This document shows, piece by piece, positions 46,442-47,338 of a stretch of DNA of 47,338 bases. How positions within the stretch are numbered: the stretch's first letter is position 1; every line of letters starts with the position of its first letter. Under the pieces are notes generated by a model. The model did not search any database and had not been told where the DNA came from. It saw only the letters and a list, made by a program, of their open reading frames with translations. The stretch is from Myxococcales bacterium (GTDB lineage Bacteria; Myxococcota; Myxococcia; Myxococcales; 40CM-4-68-19): contig DASREU010000297.1 in NCBI GenBank assembly GCA_035651935.1, forward strand, positions 1 through 47,338, read 5' to 3'. Both the position numbers and the translations under genes were made by a program.

Positions 46442-47191
46442 GTGGAGAGCGAGTGGGAGGTCTCGGACGCGCAGCTCGAGGGAAGGCTGCGCACCTGGTC
46501 CATCCCGATCGCGCTCGCGGGCGCATTTCTCCTGGTCGCCACAGGGCCCGGTCACTTCCTCGTGCGCGTGTTCTGCAGCATGTGGGTCCACGAGATCGGG
46601 CACGCCACTGCCGCCTGGCTCTGCGGGTTCCCTGCGTTTCCCGGCCCCTGGCTCACGCCGATGGCGCAGTCGCGATCCGCCCCGTTCGGGCTGGTCGTCT
46701 TCGCGGCGCTTGCCGCAGCGGCGCACTGGGGCTGGCGCGTCGAGCGCCGCCGCCTCGCCGTCGGCATGACAGCGCTGTTGGTCGTCCAGCTCGTCTGCAC
46801 GCTTGCGTTGTCCGTCGACCGCGCGAAGCAGTTCGTAGTCTTCATGGGCGACGGCGGTTGCCTCGTGCTCGGGTCGCTCTTGATGCTGACGGTGTACGCC
46901 CCCGAGGAGAGCGCGCTCAAGCGCGGCTGGCTGCGCTGGGGATTTCTGGGGATCGGAGCCGCCTCGTTTGCCGACGTCTTCGCGCAATGGTGGGCGTCGC
47001 GGAAGGACTTCGATCGGATTCCCTTCGGGATGAACGAAGGGGTGGGATTGAGCGACCCGAGCGTGCTCAGCGAGACTTATCGGTGGTCTACGGACCAGAT
47101 CGTCGGGCGGTACGTGGCGCTGGGGTCCGTCTGCCTGGCGGTGATTGCGGTCGCTTATGTCGTCGCGCGCGTCCGCCCAGGGAAGGACTGA
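46442..47191 (+). CDS. polytopic membrane protein with intramembrane HExxH (M50/site-2-protease-like zinc metalloprotease candidate)
   Basis: WVHEIGHATAAWL lies in a hydrophobic segment among several TM helices. GTG start 3 nt after the previous stop. Confidence 0.6.
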   Translation: MESEWEVSDAQLEGRLRTWSIPIALAGAFLLVATGPGHFLVRVFCSMWVHEIGHATAAWLCGFPAFPGPWLTPMAQSRSAPFGLVVFAALAAAAHWGWRVERRRLAVGMTALLVVQLVCTLALSVDRAKQFVVFMGDGGCLVLGSLLMLTVYAPEESALKRGWLRWGFLGIGAASFADVFAQWWASRKDFDRIPFGMNEGVGLSDPSVLSETYRWSTDQIVGRYVALGSVCLAVIAVAYVVARVRPGKD

Positions 47192-47213
47192 TCCGCCCTT
47201 CGGCTCCTTGACT

Positions 47214-47228
47214 GCGACGATTCGTCGC
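47214..47228. promoter_or_regulatory. perfect 7-1-7 palindrome GCGACGA-T-TCGTCGC, candidate operator
   Basis: Lies immediately after a TTGACT hexamer (47208-13) and 50 nt upstream of ATG 47278. The single central nucleotide makes an RNA hairpin unlikely, so a dimeric DNA-binding site is more plausible. Confidence 0.3.
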
Positions 47229-47277
47229 TGATACGGACGATGCCAACCCGCCGCGCTGGCATTTCCCCGGGGGGAAT

Positions 47278-47338
47278 ATGAAGTCTCGAGCGCGCATCGT
47301 CCTGGCCATCTCCTTCGCCCTGCTCTCGACGGGAACCA
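47278..47338 (+). CDS. 5' end of a secreted/membrane protein gene (truncated by window edge)
   Basis: GGGGGGAA purine run 1 nt upstream of the ATG. It encodes MKSRARIVLAISFALLSTGT, a signal-peptide-like start. Only 20 codons are visible. Confidence 0.4.
   Translation, partial: MKSRARIVLAISFALLSTGT

Overview
This is a GC-rich bacterial chromosomal segment: third codon positions are almost always G/C. Gene content points to a Myxococcota or deltaproteobacterium-like organism, which is an inference only. I support about 45 tightly packed protein-coding genes. By eye there is no rRNA, tRNA, CRISPR array, transposase or integrase. The left half (about 1-28 kb) is mainly housekeeping. It holds a metallophosphoesterase-pyrB-pyrC-carA-unknown operon chained by 4-nt start/stop overlaps, MTAP plus a PfkB kinase, and two coupled hybrid histidine kinases. 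It also holds an MFS transporter, rlmN, a CNNM/CorC-type protein, ndk, an mlaE-mlaF-MCE operon, a c-type cytochrome, NDH-2, alr, an RluA-type pseudouridine synthase and two M16 peptidases. The right half is oriented to the envelope and secretome. It holds an HNH gene coupled to the M16 pair, a 975-aa multi-Ig-like plus VWA lipoprotein, and a eukaryote-type cN-II (HAD-IG) 5'-nucleotidase. It also holds a 1064-aa HExxH-peptidase/beta-propeller/Omp85-barrel fusion, DoxX, an ECF sigma operon, and a PagL-like/TMEM175/FAD-oxidoreductase operon. The remaining genes are a small lipoprotein coupled to a ferritin-like di-iron protein, S9 and M13 peptidases, and a membrane HExxH protein. The best candidate for something undescribed is a 46-aa secreted four-Cys peptide gene (38226-38366, minus strand) that falls below the ORF-track size cutoff. 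It sits 8 nt upstream of the ECF sigma gene, which in turn overlaps a Cys-containing polytopic membrane protein. Secondary candidates are the Omp85-protease fusion, the HNH-M16-M16 coupling, an MCE protein with an OMP-like C-terminus, and the lipoprotein/ferritin-like pair. Many very long ORFs in the supplied track are alternate-frame or antisense artefacts of high GC content. All family assignments come from motif recognition by eye, and none was checked against a database.
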